Source: Clostridia bacterium (GTDB lineage: Bacteria > Bacillota > Clostridia > Oscillospirales > CAG-272). Taken from it: 64,000 bases of DNA. The translations under genes were made by a program, and so were the position numbers. Positions 1-8,608 of the stretch are shown one piece after another; positions within the stretch are counted from its first letter, which is position 1, and each line of letters opens with the position of its first letter. The notes under the pieces were generated by a model. The model searched no databases and had not been told where the DNA came from. It was given only the letters and a program-made list of their open reading frames with translations. Where the stretch lies: the NCBI GenBank assembly GCA_017467085.1, contig JAFTSW010000059.1, positions 1,604 through 65,603 on the forward strand, read 5' to 3'.

Positions 1-2104
1 CCGTCACACCAAAGGTCGCCAGAAGGATACTTAAACAAATAGGCAACATCATCAAAGAGGAGGCAAGACAAAGGGCGCGCATCTTTTTCGGCGGCACGGA
101 CAGGGAATAAAGAATTTTATATTCCTCCTCACGCCTTTGCGCAATGGCGTTTTGCGCATAAACCCAAAGCAAGGGGAAAAAGAGAAATAGCAAGAGGGAA
201 AGGGTCGGTATAAACTGTGAATAGCAGTAATTTTTCTCAATTTCCGCACGGAAGGAGGCGCCGCTGATAGAAACGGTGGCGTTGCCTAAAACGGCGCAGA
301 TGCGAGAAAGCTCGTCAAATGCCAAGTCATAATTTTCGGCAGAAGAGGTATCTACCGAAACAGACACCGTTTTGGCGGTGACACTCTCGCCCGTTAAGGC
401 TTGATAGGTATCGGTGGAGAGCAAAAGCGGAACCCCATTCATGCCGCTGGGGTAGTCCTCGATGATGCCGACAATTTCCAGGGTAACAAGCTGATAGGAA
501 ATGCGCTCGTACATCTGCTGCCAAAGGCCCTCGCCCGTTTCAAGCTCGGAGGGAAGCTTGTCGCCGTTCAGCACCAGCTCGCCCTCCTCGTCATACATAG
601 GGATAGCAACCCTGACAGTATCGCCAACGGAATAGGAGAAGGTGTCCCTGTTTTGATAGGAGGAGCCGATAATCACACGGTTGGGCCCGTCTAAAAGCGC
701 ATCGGGATTGCCCTCAATCTGATACAAAGATTTGTAATATGCCAAGGTATCGTAGGCGGCGGCAATGATGCGCGCATCTCCCGTATAGGAAACGCCTGCC
801 GCCGTATCGTTGGCAAAGCCGACGTTGCTTGCAATCAAGGAATCGTCCACCAAAAGAAGGGAATGGTACTTGGTCAAGAGTGCTTCCGGGTAAACACGGT
901 GGGCGTTCTTGATTCCGTTTGCGGAAGCCAAGGATTCGTACTGAGAGTCCGAAACAGAGTTAATTCCACGGAATTGTACGGTGAAATCCGACAAAGCTTT
1001 GCTTTCCATGTCCTTGTTAGCTTGATAAACGTCACCTATCAGCGTACCAAGCACTAAAAGGGCGCATAGAAGGACGGAAACGCAAGCCGAAACAATGTGA
1101 TGCTTGCGGAAACGCCAGAAGGAGAGCGCCTCATAACCGAAGGGAAAGCCCTTTTGCACAAGCGGGGCGGATTGACGCGGTGAGCTGACAAGGTCAGAAG
1201 CGTCCGCTGCCTGCAAAAGCTCGCATACGGGCTTGCGGGACAATAGCTTGATGGGTGTGCGCACCACTAAGAGCAAAAGCGGTGCCATAACAAGAAGCAG
1301 CACCAGCCAATTTTTCAAAGAAAACCAAGAAAAATAGAAGGCAGAAGCACCCGCTGTATAAAAAGCGAAGCAAATGAGAGCGGATAGGTAATAGGCAGGC
1401 AAAAGTGTGAAAAGGGCAATCAGATAGAGCTGTGTAAAGGCGTTTTCCTGTAGTCGCTTGCTATCTGCGCCAAAGGTAGAAAAGATACCGAAGGAGAAGG
1501 TCTGGCGGCTGACGTACAGTCTATACAGCACGAAAAGCATCAGAAAGCAGATAAGAAAGACGGCCACTATTAACAGGTTTCGGGCGGTAGCAAGGGAAGC
1601 GGTGCTTTCCTCCAATAGATAGAGCGGGGAAAGGTATATGGATACGTGATCGGACGCCTCGCCTATAATATCGCCGTATTTATACAGCATCGCCTCATAA
1701 TTGGCGCGCAAGGAATCATCACGGAACAGAGAAAAAATTCCATAGTCCTTGTTACCCGTCAAAAGCTTTACCGTCATATCGTAGCTGGGGTCGCCGTTAG
1801 GGCTGGTATATTCCTTTATCGTCAAAGGAGTATAATAAAATTCGTTCAGAAAAACGGCACGGCGGTTTTCCTTCAGAATAAGCATTTCGTCCTCATAAAG
1901 CCCCGTAACAAGGATATGGTAGGAGTAGGAAGCCTCCGTTTCCTGCTTCAGGTGGGCTTCATTGCTCTGGAATGAAAGAAGGACGGTGAAGAAAATGCAT
2001 TGTACTAAAAAAATCGCCAGAAAGAAAGGGAGGAATTCCTTAAAGGAATGCTTGATTTTATGAAAAGCCGTTTGGACACTTCGCTTAATATGCTCCATCT
2101 GCAT
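1..2104 (-). CDS. FtsX-family ABC transporter permease (3' end runs off the left window edge)
   Basis: Stop-free minus-strand frame from position 1 to the ATG at 2102-2104 (MQMEHIKRSVQTAFHKIKHSFKEFLPFFLAIFLVQCIFF...). It is missing from the ORF track only because there is no stop in the window. The hand-translated stretch 1442-1561 gives VFLICFLMLFVLYRLYVSRQTFSFGIFSTFGADSKRLQEN, an FtsX-domain-like signature. No competing long ORF lies in 1-2100. Confidence 0.6.
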   Translation of the reverse strand, partial: MQMEHIKRSVQTAFHKIKHSFKEFLPFFLAIFLVQCIFFTVLLSFQSNEAHLKQETEASYSYHILVTGLYEDEMLILKENRRAVFLNEFYYTPLTIKEYTSPNGDPSYDMTVKLLTGNKDYGIFSLFRDDSLRANYEAMLYKYGDIIGEASDHVSIYLSPLYLLEESTASLATARNLLIVAVFLICFLMLFVLYRLYVSRQTFSFGIFSTFGADSKRLQENAFTQLYLIALFTLLPAYYLSALICFAFYTAGASAFYFSWFSLKNWLVLLLVMAPLLLLVVRTPIKLLSRKPVCELLQAADASDLVSSPRQSAPLVQKGFPFGYEALSFWRFRKHHIVSACVSVLLCALLVLGTLIGDVYQANKDMESKALSDFTVQFRGINSVSDSQYESLASANGIKNAHRVYPEALLTKYHSLLLVDDSLIASNVGFANDTAAGVSYTGDARIIAAAYDTLAYYKSLYQIEGNPDALLDGPNRVIIGSSYQNRDTFSYSVGDTVRVAIPMYDEEGELVLNGDKLPSELETGEGLWQQMYERISYQLVTLEIVGIIEDYPSGMNGVPLLLSTDTYQALTGESVTAKTVSVSVDTSSAENYDLAFDELSRICAVLGNATVSISGASFRAEIEKNYCYSQFIPTLSLLLFLFFPLLWVYAQNAIAQRREEEYKILYSLSVPPKKMRALCLASSLMMLPICLSILLATFGVT

Positions 2105-2265
2105 CTCCCGCAAAATACAATTTTTTCTATTGTAACAGATATATTTGAATACTGTATGAATATTTGACTTTCAAGGAAAATAAATATGGCGAAAATCTCT
2201 TGTCGACAGCGATGCTTGACTGATTGTGAATGAAATGTTAAAAATGCAATTTTGAAACAGAAATG

Positions 2266-2294
2266 TTGCAAAATCTAAAAAAGTATGGTATAAT
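2266..2294 (+). promoter_or_regulatory. sigma-A type promoter upstream of pckG (TTGCAA-17-TGgTATAAT)
   Basis: TTGCAA at 2266-2271, 17-nt spacer, extended -10 TGgTATAAT ending at 2294, about 84 nt upstream of the pckG ATG. Confidence 0.5.
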
Positions 2295-2377
2295 TCTATA
2301 AAGTGGTAAATATGGCATTTTTGCCCTTGTTATCGCTAAAAAGTTTATAAAAATTTGCATATAAAAAGGAGAAAACA

Positions 2378-4162
2378 ATGAAGGAAATTACCAAGATTCC
2401 GTACGTTGACGAATGGATTCAGGATATGGCAGCTATGACGCAGCCTGACAGAATCGTTTTAATCGACGGTACCGAAGAGCAAGCCGAGGCTCTGCGTGCT
2501 GAGGCAGTATCCACCGGAGAGCTGTTCAAGCTGAACCAGGATGTTCTGCCCGGTTGCTATTTGCACAGAACCGCCGTTAACGACGTTGCCCGCGTGGAGG
2601 GACGTACCTTCATCTGCACCACCAAGAAGGAGGATGCCGGTAACATCAATAACTGGATGGCTCCCGCAGAGTGCTACGCAAAGCTGACCAAGCTTTACAC
2701 GGGCTCTATGAAGGGAAGAACGATGTACGTGATTCCTTATTCTATGGGTCAGGTTGGCTCCGATTTCGCTAAATACGGCATTGAATTGACCGACTCTATC
2801 TACGTTGTTCTGAACATGCTGATTATGACCCGTGTTGGTCTTAACGTGTTGGAGGCAATGGGCGATGGCGAGGGCTTCATCAAGGGTCTGCACGCAAGAG
2901 CTGACATCGACGAGGAAAACCGTTATATCTGCCATTTCCCCGAGGACAACACCATCTGGTCCGTTAACTCCGGCTACGGCGGAAACGTGCTGCTGGGCAA
3001 AAAGTGCTTTGCGCTCCGTATCGCTTCTTACCTGGGTAAGAAGGAGGGCTGGATGGCAGAGCATATGCTCATCCTTGGCATTGAATATCCTGATGGCGAA
3101 ATTCGCTATATCAGCGCCGCATTCCCCTCTGCTTGCGGTAAGACCAACCTTGCAATGCTGATTCCCCCTGAAATCTATCAGAAGAAGGGCTACAAGGTTT
3201 GGTGCGTCGGTGACGATATTGCTTGGCTCCGTGTCGGCAAGGACGGGCGTCTTTGGGCTATTAACCCCGAGAACGGCTTCTTTGGCGTTGCTCCCGGAAC
3301 CAACGAGCGCTCCAACCCCAACGCGCTGCACACCACCACCAAGAACACCATTTTCACCAACGTGGCATTGGATACCGATACCAATACCGTTTGGTGGGAG
3401 GGCTTGAACGATAACCTGCCTCACCACTGCATCGACTGGAAGGGTAACGTTTGGGATTACACCAAGTTCGACAAGAAGGATAAGTCCACCTGTGCCGCAC
3501 ATCCCAACTCCCGCTTCACCGCAATGGCTGTGAACTGCCCCTGCCTGTCCTCTGAGTTTGACAATCCCGCTGGCGTTCCTATCTCCGCCATCGTATTTGG
3601 CGGAAGACGCGCTAAGACCGCTCCTCTGGTTTACCAGTCCTTCAACTGGCAGCACGGTACCTTCGTAGGCTCCATTATGGCTTCCGAGACCACCGCTGCG
3701 GCAGCAGGCGCTGTTGGCGTTGTTCGCCGTGACCCCATGGCAATGCGTCCCTTCGTTGGTTACGATATGGGCGATTACTGGGCACACTGGCTCGAAATGG
3801 GTAAGAAGATTCCCAACGCTCCCAAGATTTTCCACGTTAACTGGTTCAGAACTGACGATGAAGGACACTTCATCTGGCCCGGCTTCGGTGACAATATGCG
3901 TGTTCTGCTTTGGATTTTGGCTCGTTGCGAGGATAAGGTAGACGCCAAGACTACCGCTATCGGCTACGTTCCTAACGCAGACGATATCAACATTGAGGGC
4001 TTGGATTTGGATAAGGCAACCCTGGAGGGCCTGCTCTCTGTGGATACCGAGTCCTGGAAGGCTGACCTTGTGAACATCAAGGAGTTCTACGCCCAGGTTG
4101 GCGAGAGAGTTCCTGCTGAAATGTTCAGCGAGCTGAAGGCTCTGGAAGAGCGCCTCGGTTAA
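2378..4162 (+). CDS. pckG: phosphoenolpyruvate carboxykinase (GTP)
   Basis: 594 aa. Contains the GTP-PEPCK kinase-1a P-loop FPSACGKTN and family-typical blocks (NWMAP, YGGNVLLGKKCFALRIAS, WFR..DEGHFIWPGFGDN). RBS AAAGGAG sits before the ATG. Confidence 0.95.
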   Translation: MKEITKIPYVDEWIQDMAAMTQPDRIVLIDGTEEQAEALRAEAVSTGELFKLNQDVLPGCYLHRTAVNDVARVEGRTFICTTKKEDAGNINNWMAPAECYAKLTKLYTGSMKGRTMYVIPYSMGQVGSDFAKYGIELTDSIYVVLNMLIMTRVGLNVLEAMGDGEGFIKGLHARADIDEENRYICHFPEDNTIWSVNSGYGGNVLLGKKCFALRIASYLGKKEGWMAEHMLILGIEYPDGEIRYISAAFPSACGKTNLAMLIPPEIYQKKGYKVWCVGDDIAWLRVGKDGRLWAINPENGFFGVAPGTNERSNPNALHTTTKNTIFTNVALDTDTNTVWWEGLNDNLPHHCIDWKGNVWDYTKFDKKDKSTCAAHPNSRFTAMAVNCPCLSSEFDNPAGVPISAIVFGGRRAKTAPLVYQSFNWQHGTFVGSIMASETTAAAAGAVGVVRRDPMAMRPFVGYDMGDYWAHWLEMGKKIPNAPKIFHVNWFRTDDEGHFIWPGFGDNMRVLLWILARCEDKVDAKTTAIGYVPNADDINIEGLDLDKATLEGLLSVDTESWKADLVNIKEFYAQVGERVPAEMFSELKALEERLG

Positions 4163-4174
4163 TTTTCCTACTGT

Positions 4175-4209
4175 GCGGTCCTGTGATTTTGTCACAGGAC
4201 CGCTTTTTT
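4175..4209 (+). terminator. rho-independent terminator after pckG
   Basis: 12-bp stem GCGGTCCTGTGA / TCACAGGACCGC with a 5-nt loop, followed by TTTTTT. Confidence 0.8.
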
Positions 4210-4294
4210 CTTGCAATACAGAAAAAAGAAGATAAGAAAACGAAAAAAACAGCAAAAAATGTGAAAAAAACTGCTTATTTTTTGCTTTTTTCTC

Positions 4295-4323
4295 TTGACA
4301 AAAACAAATCTCTGTGGTATACT
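4295..4323 (+). promoter_or_regulatory. sigma-A promoter for the tRNA pair (TTGACA-17-TGgTATACT)
   Basis: Perfect -35 TTGACA at 4295-4300, 17-nt spacer, extended -10 TGgTATACT at 4315-4323, about 19 nt before the tRNA-Gly 5' end. Confidence 0.7.
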
Positions 4324-4341
4324 ATTGAGGCATTCAAGCTT

Positions 4342-4415
<74 letters not shown>

Positions 4416-4418
4416 TAG

Positions 4419-4494
4419 GCGCCCTTAGCTCAGTGGATAGAGTGCCCGGCTACGAACCGGTAGGTCGCAAGTTCGAATCTTGCAGGGCGCGCCA
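4419..4494 (+). tRNA. tRNA-Arg (anticodon ACG), CCA encoded
   Basis: 76 nt. Acceptor GCGCCCT/AGGGCGC, D-arm GCTC-AGTGGATA-GAGT, anticodon loop CTACGAA, T-arm GCAAG-TTCGAAT-CTTGC, discriminator G plus CCA. One C-T mismatch at the top of the anticodon stem. Confidence 0.88.
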
Positions 4495-4498
4495 AAGA

Positions 4499-4529
4499 AT
4501 ACCGAGAACTTTGTTCTCGGTATTTTTTT
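4499..4529 (+). terminator. rho-independent terminator after the tRNA pair
   Basis: Stem ATACCGAGAAC / GTTCTCGGTAT with a 3-nt loop, followed by a T7 run. Confidence 0.8.
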
Positions 4530-4727
4530 ATCCAGCCGCAGGCTTGGCATATCTTTGAATGTATAACTTGCCTGTGGCGGGATATACATTGCTCAGCATG
4601 GATGATATACACGCCTTCGGCGTGATTGAGATGCGAATCGGTGTAATTTTGTCCTTGTCAGGTATCTGCCCCTTTCCTTTACCGTGCCTTGCTTTTCAAG
4701 TCACGGCGTTTTTATTTTACGTTTCTA

Positions 4728-4756
4728 TTTACAAAAGCCCGGCGGTATGGTATAAT
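4728..4756 (+). promoter_or_regulatory. sigma-A promoter upstream of the YqeG-family gene (TTTACA-17-TGgTATAAT)
   Basis: TTTACA at 4728-4733, 17-nt spacer, TGgTATAAT at 4748-4756, 40 nt before the ATG at 4796. Confidence 0.5.
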
Positions 4757-4795
4757 GTCTTATATAGTAGAGAAGAACGCCGAAAGGATTGCCAT

Positions 4796-5308
4796 ATGTC
4801 ATTATTGCCCGATAGAATTTTTGGTACATACCAGGAGATTACCGTTGATTTCTTGAAAAGTGAGGGAATTGAGGCGGTTATTCTGGACGTGGACAACACG
4901 TTGATTCCTTACGAGGAGATAGAGCCCCGTCCTGCCGTTTTGGCTTGGATTAACACCTTAATCGAGGCGAATATCGCTATTTCCTTCGTAACCAACAATC
5001 ATAAGCACAGGCTGCAATACTTTAACCGCAATTTGAATTTTCCTGCCTTCCACGATAGCTGGAAGCCCTTTTCCCGCAATATGAAGCGCGCTATGCGCGC
5101 CATGGGCTCGACGCCCGAGAACACCGCCAATATCGGTGACCAGATTTTCACGGACACCTGGGCAGGGAAGCGCTTGGGTATGAAGTCTTATTTATTGCCC
5201 CCTATTCGGGACAAGCGGGACCCCTTTACCAGATTGAAGCGCCTTTTGGAAAAGCCCATCGTGCGCCGTTATTACGCGGCACAAAAAGAACAAGAACAGA
5301 AAGAGTAA
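4796..5308 (+). CDS. YqeG-family HAD-IIIA phosphatase
   Basis: Starting at the internal ATG 4796 (RBS AAAGGA), the protein begins MSLLPDRIF. It carries the HAD motif I DVDNTL and the downstream GDQIFTD motif, at typical YqeG length (about 170 aa). The ORF-track start at 4559 lies upstream of the promoter. Confidence 0.8.
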   Translation: MSLLPDRIFGTYQEITVDFLKSEGIEAVILDVDNTLIPYEEIEPRPAVLAWINTLIEANIAISFVTNNHKHRLQYFNRNLNFPAFHDSWKPFSRNMKRAMRAMGSTPENTANIGDQIFTDTWAGKRLGMKSYLLPPIRDKRDPFTRLKRLLEKPIVRRYYAAQKEQEQKE

Positions 5309-5312
5309 CCGT

Positions 5313-6176
5313 ATGAATAGCGAAAAAGCAAGAGAGCGTGCGCTGTTTGGCCCCGGTGGCAATAGCGAGAGCTTTCAAAGAGAAAAACAAAAAACACTGA
5401 ACGCCCCTATTTGGGTAAAAAACAGAGGACTTGATGCCTACGAATATGAAGCAGGGCGCGGTATTGCAACCTCGGATGAGGTTTTGAGAGCGATTGGCGC
5501 CCAAGCCAAGGCGGAGGGCATCCATATGTCCTTTCACGCCCCGTATTTTATCTCGCTTTCGGGCGTTGTGACCGAAACGCGCTTAAAGAGCATCTCCTAT
5601 ATCGCCGAAAGCCTGCACGCCGCATCTCTTTTGGGGGCAGATACCGTGGTTGTACATACGGGCTCTGCCGCTAAAATCACCCGTGAGGAGGCGATGCGCC
5701 TTGCCGCCGACACCCTGGCAAGGACACTCTCGGAGGTGGAAACAGGCGGCGTTTTCATCGGTCTTGAAACAATGGGAAAAATCAATCAGTTAGGGACGCT
5801 TGACGAGGTAATAACCCTCTGTAAGTTGGATGAGCGCCTGCGTCCTGTGGTTGACTTCGGGCATATGAACGCAAGAGAAATCGGACATTATTTCGAGGCA
5901 GAGGACAATTACCGCTTTGTTTTTGATAAAATCGCCAATACTCTCGGTGACGGGGTGGCACGAAATCTGCATTGCCATTTTTCCAAAATTGAGTGGACGA
6001 ATGCGGGAGAAAAGCGCCATCTGACCTTTGAGGATACGGTGTACGGCCCTGCCTTCGAGCCCTTAATGGAGGTGCTTTATAAGGATGGCTTAACGCCGAC
6101 TATCATTTGTGAGTCTGCGGGAACCCAGGCGGAGGATGCCTTGGCTATGAAGCAGTACTACGCCTCGTTGATTTGA
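5313..6176 (+). CDS. endonuclease IV-like / xylose-isomerase-like TIM-barrel protein (AP_endonuc_2 fold)
   Basis: 287 aa with an Nfo-like ligand pattern: FHAPYF, VVVHTGS, GLETMG, DFGH, LHCHFS. Confidence 0.6.
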   Translation: MNSEKARERALFGPGGNSESFQREKQKTLNAPIWVKNRGLDAYEYEAGRGIATSDEVLRAIGAQAKAEGIHMSFHAPYFISLSGVVTETRLKSISYIAESLHAASLLGADTVVVHTGSAAKITREEAMRLAADTLARTLSEVETGGVFIGLETMGKINQLGTLDEVITLCKLDERLRPVVDFGHMNAREIGHYFEAEDNYRFVFDKIANTLGDGVARNLHCHFSKIEWTNAGEKRHLTFEDTVYGPAFEPLMEVLYKDGLTPTIICESAGTQAEDALAMKQYYASLI

Positions 6177-6190
6177 GGGGAGGGAACGGT

Positions 6191-7255
6191 ATGAATCATT
6201 TATCCGCTTTTCAAGCACGGCTGAAAAAACGGGAGGTTGACGCGGCGCTTATCACCAACGAAACCTCGATTTTCTATATTTGCGGCTACCGCTTCAGTGA
6301 CGGCTTTTTGCTTATTACCCAGAAGGAGGGCTTTTTGGTAACGGATTTCCGTTATTATGAGGAGGCAACGGCGGCGGTCGGGGATAGCTTCACCGTCCTG
6401 ATGCCGCAGCAAAGCCGTATGGATTTTTTGCGGGATGCCGTACGGGACAACGAAATACGTACCCTCGGCTACGAAAACCGCACCCTTTCCGTTTCCGAAT
6501 TCAACCGTTATTCCGAGGCAGTTTCGGCAGAGTGGACGCCTATCGGCGATATTTTAACCGAGATGTGCGCCGTGAAGGATGAGGAGGAAATCGCCAAAAT
6601 AAAGGCGGCGCAAGCCATTACTGACAAAGCCTTTTCTCATATTTTGTCGGTTATGACGCCGCAAATGACCGAGAAGGAGGTTGCTCTTGAGCTTGAATTT
6701 TTTATGCGCAAGCAGGGAGCAGAGAACGCCAGCTTTCAGATAATTGCCGTTTCGGGCACGGCAAGCGCTTTGCCCCACGGGCTTTCACGCAACCAAAAGC
6801 TTTCACGCGGCTTTTTGACCATAGATTTTGGCTGTACGGTTGACGGGTATTGCTCCGATATGACCAGAACCGTGGCGCTTGGCAAGGCTACCGAAGAGAT
6901 GAGGCGGGTTTATAACACCGTTTTAGAGGCGCAGCTTGCCGCTCTGTCCCAAATCCGTCCGGGCAAAACGGGAGCGGAATTAGACCGTATCGCGCGTGAT
7001 ATCATTGACGGCGCAGGGTATGAAGGCGCCTTCGGGCACAGCCTTGGGCACGGTGTCGGACTTTATATCCATGAGGCGCCCTCTGTATCCAGAATGGGGC
7101 AATCTCCCTTAGTAAAGGGCAACGTTATAACCGTGGAGCCGGGCATTTACCTGATGGGGCGCTTCGGCTGCCGCATTGAGGATATGGGCGCTTTAACGGA
7201 TGACGGATTTGATAATTTCACCGCATCAAGCAAGGAACTTATAGAACTTTTCTAA
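6191..7255 (+). CDS. M24-family Xaa-Pro aminopeptidase
   Basis: Creatinase-like N-domain plus M24 metal ligands (DFGCTVDGYCSDMTRT, HSLGHGVGLYIHEAP, EPGIY, RIED). The ATG at 6191 is preceded by GAGGGGAGGG. Classic pepP-efp synteny. Confidence 0.85.
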   Translation: MNHLSAFQARLKKREVDAALITNETSIFYICGYRFSDGFLLITQKEGFLVTDFRYYEEATAAVGDSFTVLMPQQSRMDFLRDAVRDNEIRTLGYENRTLSVSEFNRYSEAVSAEWTPIGDILTEMCAVKDEEEIAKIKAAQAITDKAFSHILSVMTPQMTEKEVALELEFFMRKQGAENASFQIIAVSGTASALPHGLSRNQKLSRGFLTIDFGCTVDGYCSDMTRTVALGKATEEMRRVYNTVLEAQLAALSQIRPGKTGAELDRIARDIIDGAGYEGAFGHSLGHGVGLYIHEAPSVSRMGQSPLVKGNVITVEPGIYLMGRFGCRIEDMGALTDDGFDNFTASSKELIELF

Positions 7256-7303
7256 AAAACTGCAAGGTTTTTCAAAAAAATGCGATTTTTTCGCTAAATA
7301 CTA

Positions 7304-7332
7304 TTGCAAAAAAATAAAAAATAGTGTAGAAT
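7304..7332 (+). promoter_or_regulatory. sigma-A promoter upstream of efp (TTGCAA-17-TAGAAT)
   Basis: TTGCAA at 7304-7309, 17-nt spacer, TAGAAT at 7327-7332. Leaves a leader of about 95 nt. Confidence 0.5.
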
Positions 7333-7431
7333 ATATGAGATAGCAAAAGCCGAAGAAACCGTCGTTGCAACGGGCGAGGGAGCGATTTCTTCAACTATAT
7401 TGACTTTCCGTTGCGAAATAGGTGAATAACC

Positions 7432-7989
7432 ATGGTTACAGCAGGAGATTTTAAGAACGGCGTTACGTTTGAATTTGAGGGTGGCGTTTGGCAGGTTGTT
7501 GAGTTTCAGCACGTAAAGCCCGGCAAGGGTGCCGCATTCGTCAGAACCAAGATGAAGAACGTTATTACCGGTGCGGTGGTTGAGCGTTCCTTCAACCCCA
7601 CCGAAAAATTTGAGAATGCCATCATCGAGCGTAAGGAAATGCAGTATCTTTACAACGATGGCGATTTGTACTACTTTATGGATATGGAGTCCTATGACCA
7701 GCTGCCCCTGAACTCGGACAAGCTGGGTGACAACTTCAGATTCGTGAAGGAAAACACCATGTGCAAGATTATTTCCTACAAGGGCAACGTATTCAGCGTT
7801 GAGCCTCCTTTCTTCGTAGAGCTTGAGGTTACCGATACCGAGCCCGGCGTTCGTGGCGATACCGCTACCAACGTACAGAAGAACGCCACCCTGGAAACCG
7901 GCGCCACCATCAAGGTTCCGATTTTCATTAACACGGGCGATATCATCCGTGTTGATACGCGCGTTGGCGAGTATCTGGAAAGAGCATAA
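7432..7989 (+). CDS. efp: elongation factor P
   Basis: 185 aa. N-terminus [43 protein letters not shown], including the conserved KPGKG loop. Confidence 0.97.
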   Translation: MVTAGDFKNGVTFEFEGGVWQVVEFQHVKPGKGAAFVRTKMKNVITGAVVERSFNPTEKFENAIIERKEMQYLYNDGDLYYFMDMESYDQLPLNSDKLGDNFRFVKENTMCKIISYKGNVFSVEPPFFVELEVTDTEPGVRGDTATNVQKNATLETGATIKVPIFINTGDIIRVDTRVGEYLERA

Positions 7990-8016
7990 ATTTCTTCTTT
8001 GAAGGAGGATACGGAT

Positions 8017-8457
8017 ATGAATTTGAGTGAAAGCGCTGCTTATTTGAAGGGCCTGGCAGACGGCATGGGTCTGAACGAGAACGAGCCTAAGGACAAGCTG
8101 ATTCTGAAGCTTCTCGACCTTGTGAACGATATGGCAGAAACGGTTGAAAATCTGGAGCAGCAATGCGACGATTTGCGTGACTACGCCGATGAGCTGGATT
8201 CTGACCTTGGTGACGTAGAGGAGTACCTCTTCTGCGATGACGAGGACGATGATGACGAGGATTACGAGGAGGACTTCGATGACGAGGACCTCTACGAGGT
8301 TACCTGCCCCTCCTGCGGCGAGGTTATCTGCTTCGACGATACATGCGACGTAGAGCAGCTGGTTTGCCCCGCCTGCGGCGAGGAATTTGATTGCACCGAG
8401 GAATGCGACGGCGATTGCGCCGCTTGCGCCGAGGATTGCGACGAAAAGGGCGAATAA
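8017..8457 (+). CDS. acidic zinc-ribbon protein (resembles the clostridial 'CD1247 N-terminal domain' family)
   Basis: ATG at 8017 lies 8 nt after GAAGGAGG. Helical N-domain (AAYLKGLADGMGL...), a poly-D/E linker, then CPSCG...CPACG plus a Cys-rich acidic tail. Sits immediately after efp. Confidence 0.6.
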   Translation: MNLSESAAYLKGLADGMGLNENEPKDKLILKLLDLVNDMAETVENLEQQCDDLRDYADELDSDLGDVEEYLFCDDEDDDDEDYEEDFDDEDLYEVTCPSCGEVICFDDTCDVEQLVCPACGEEFDCTEECDGDCAACAEDCDEKGE

Positions 8458-8471
8458 TCTCATACAACGAA

Positions 8472-8507
8472 AAAGCCTTGGCTTATTGCCGGGGCTTTCT
8501 TTTTTTC
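8472..8507 (+). terminator. rho-independent terminator
   Basis: 11-bp stem AAAGCCTTGGC / GCCGGGGCTTT (two G-U pairs), loop TTATT, then CTTTTTTT. Confidence 0.7.
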
Positions 8508-8608
8508 AAAATAGCAAAAACAGGAAAGTATTTTTTCATCAGTTTATCAAAAGATAAAGACAAAAGAGAAATTTTGAATCTTTGATAACAGAAAGGGTAG
8601 GGATACCT

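Noticed and set aside
2459-4255. 598-aa ORF antisense to pckG, spanning the whole gene.
   Set aside because: It exactly shadows a gene with unmistakable PEPCK motifs. Its translation is low-complexity (Gly/Val/Ala/Leu-rich) with no RBS or recognisable domain. This is a typical antisense open frame caused by codon bias.
4559-4795. 79-codon N-terminal extension of the YqeG-family ORF.
   Set aside because: It lies upstream of a good promoter (4728-4756) and lacks an RBS. The HAD domain begins right after the ATG at 4796, which has an RBS.
7294-8463. 389-aa ORF antisense to efp and the acidic zinc-ribbon gene.
   Set aside because: It shadows two well-supported plus-strand genes. The Leu/Val/Ile-rich translation has no motif. 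The run of hydrophobic codons is the complement of the Asp/Glu-rich stretch.
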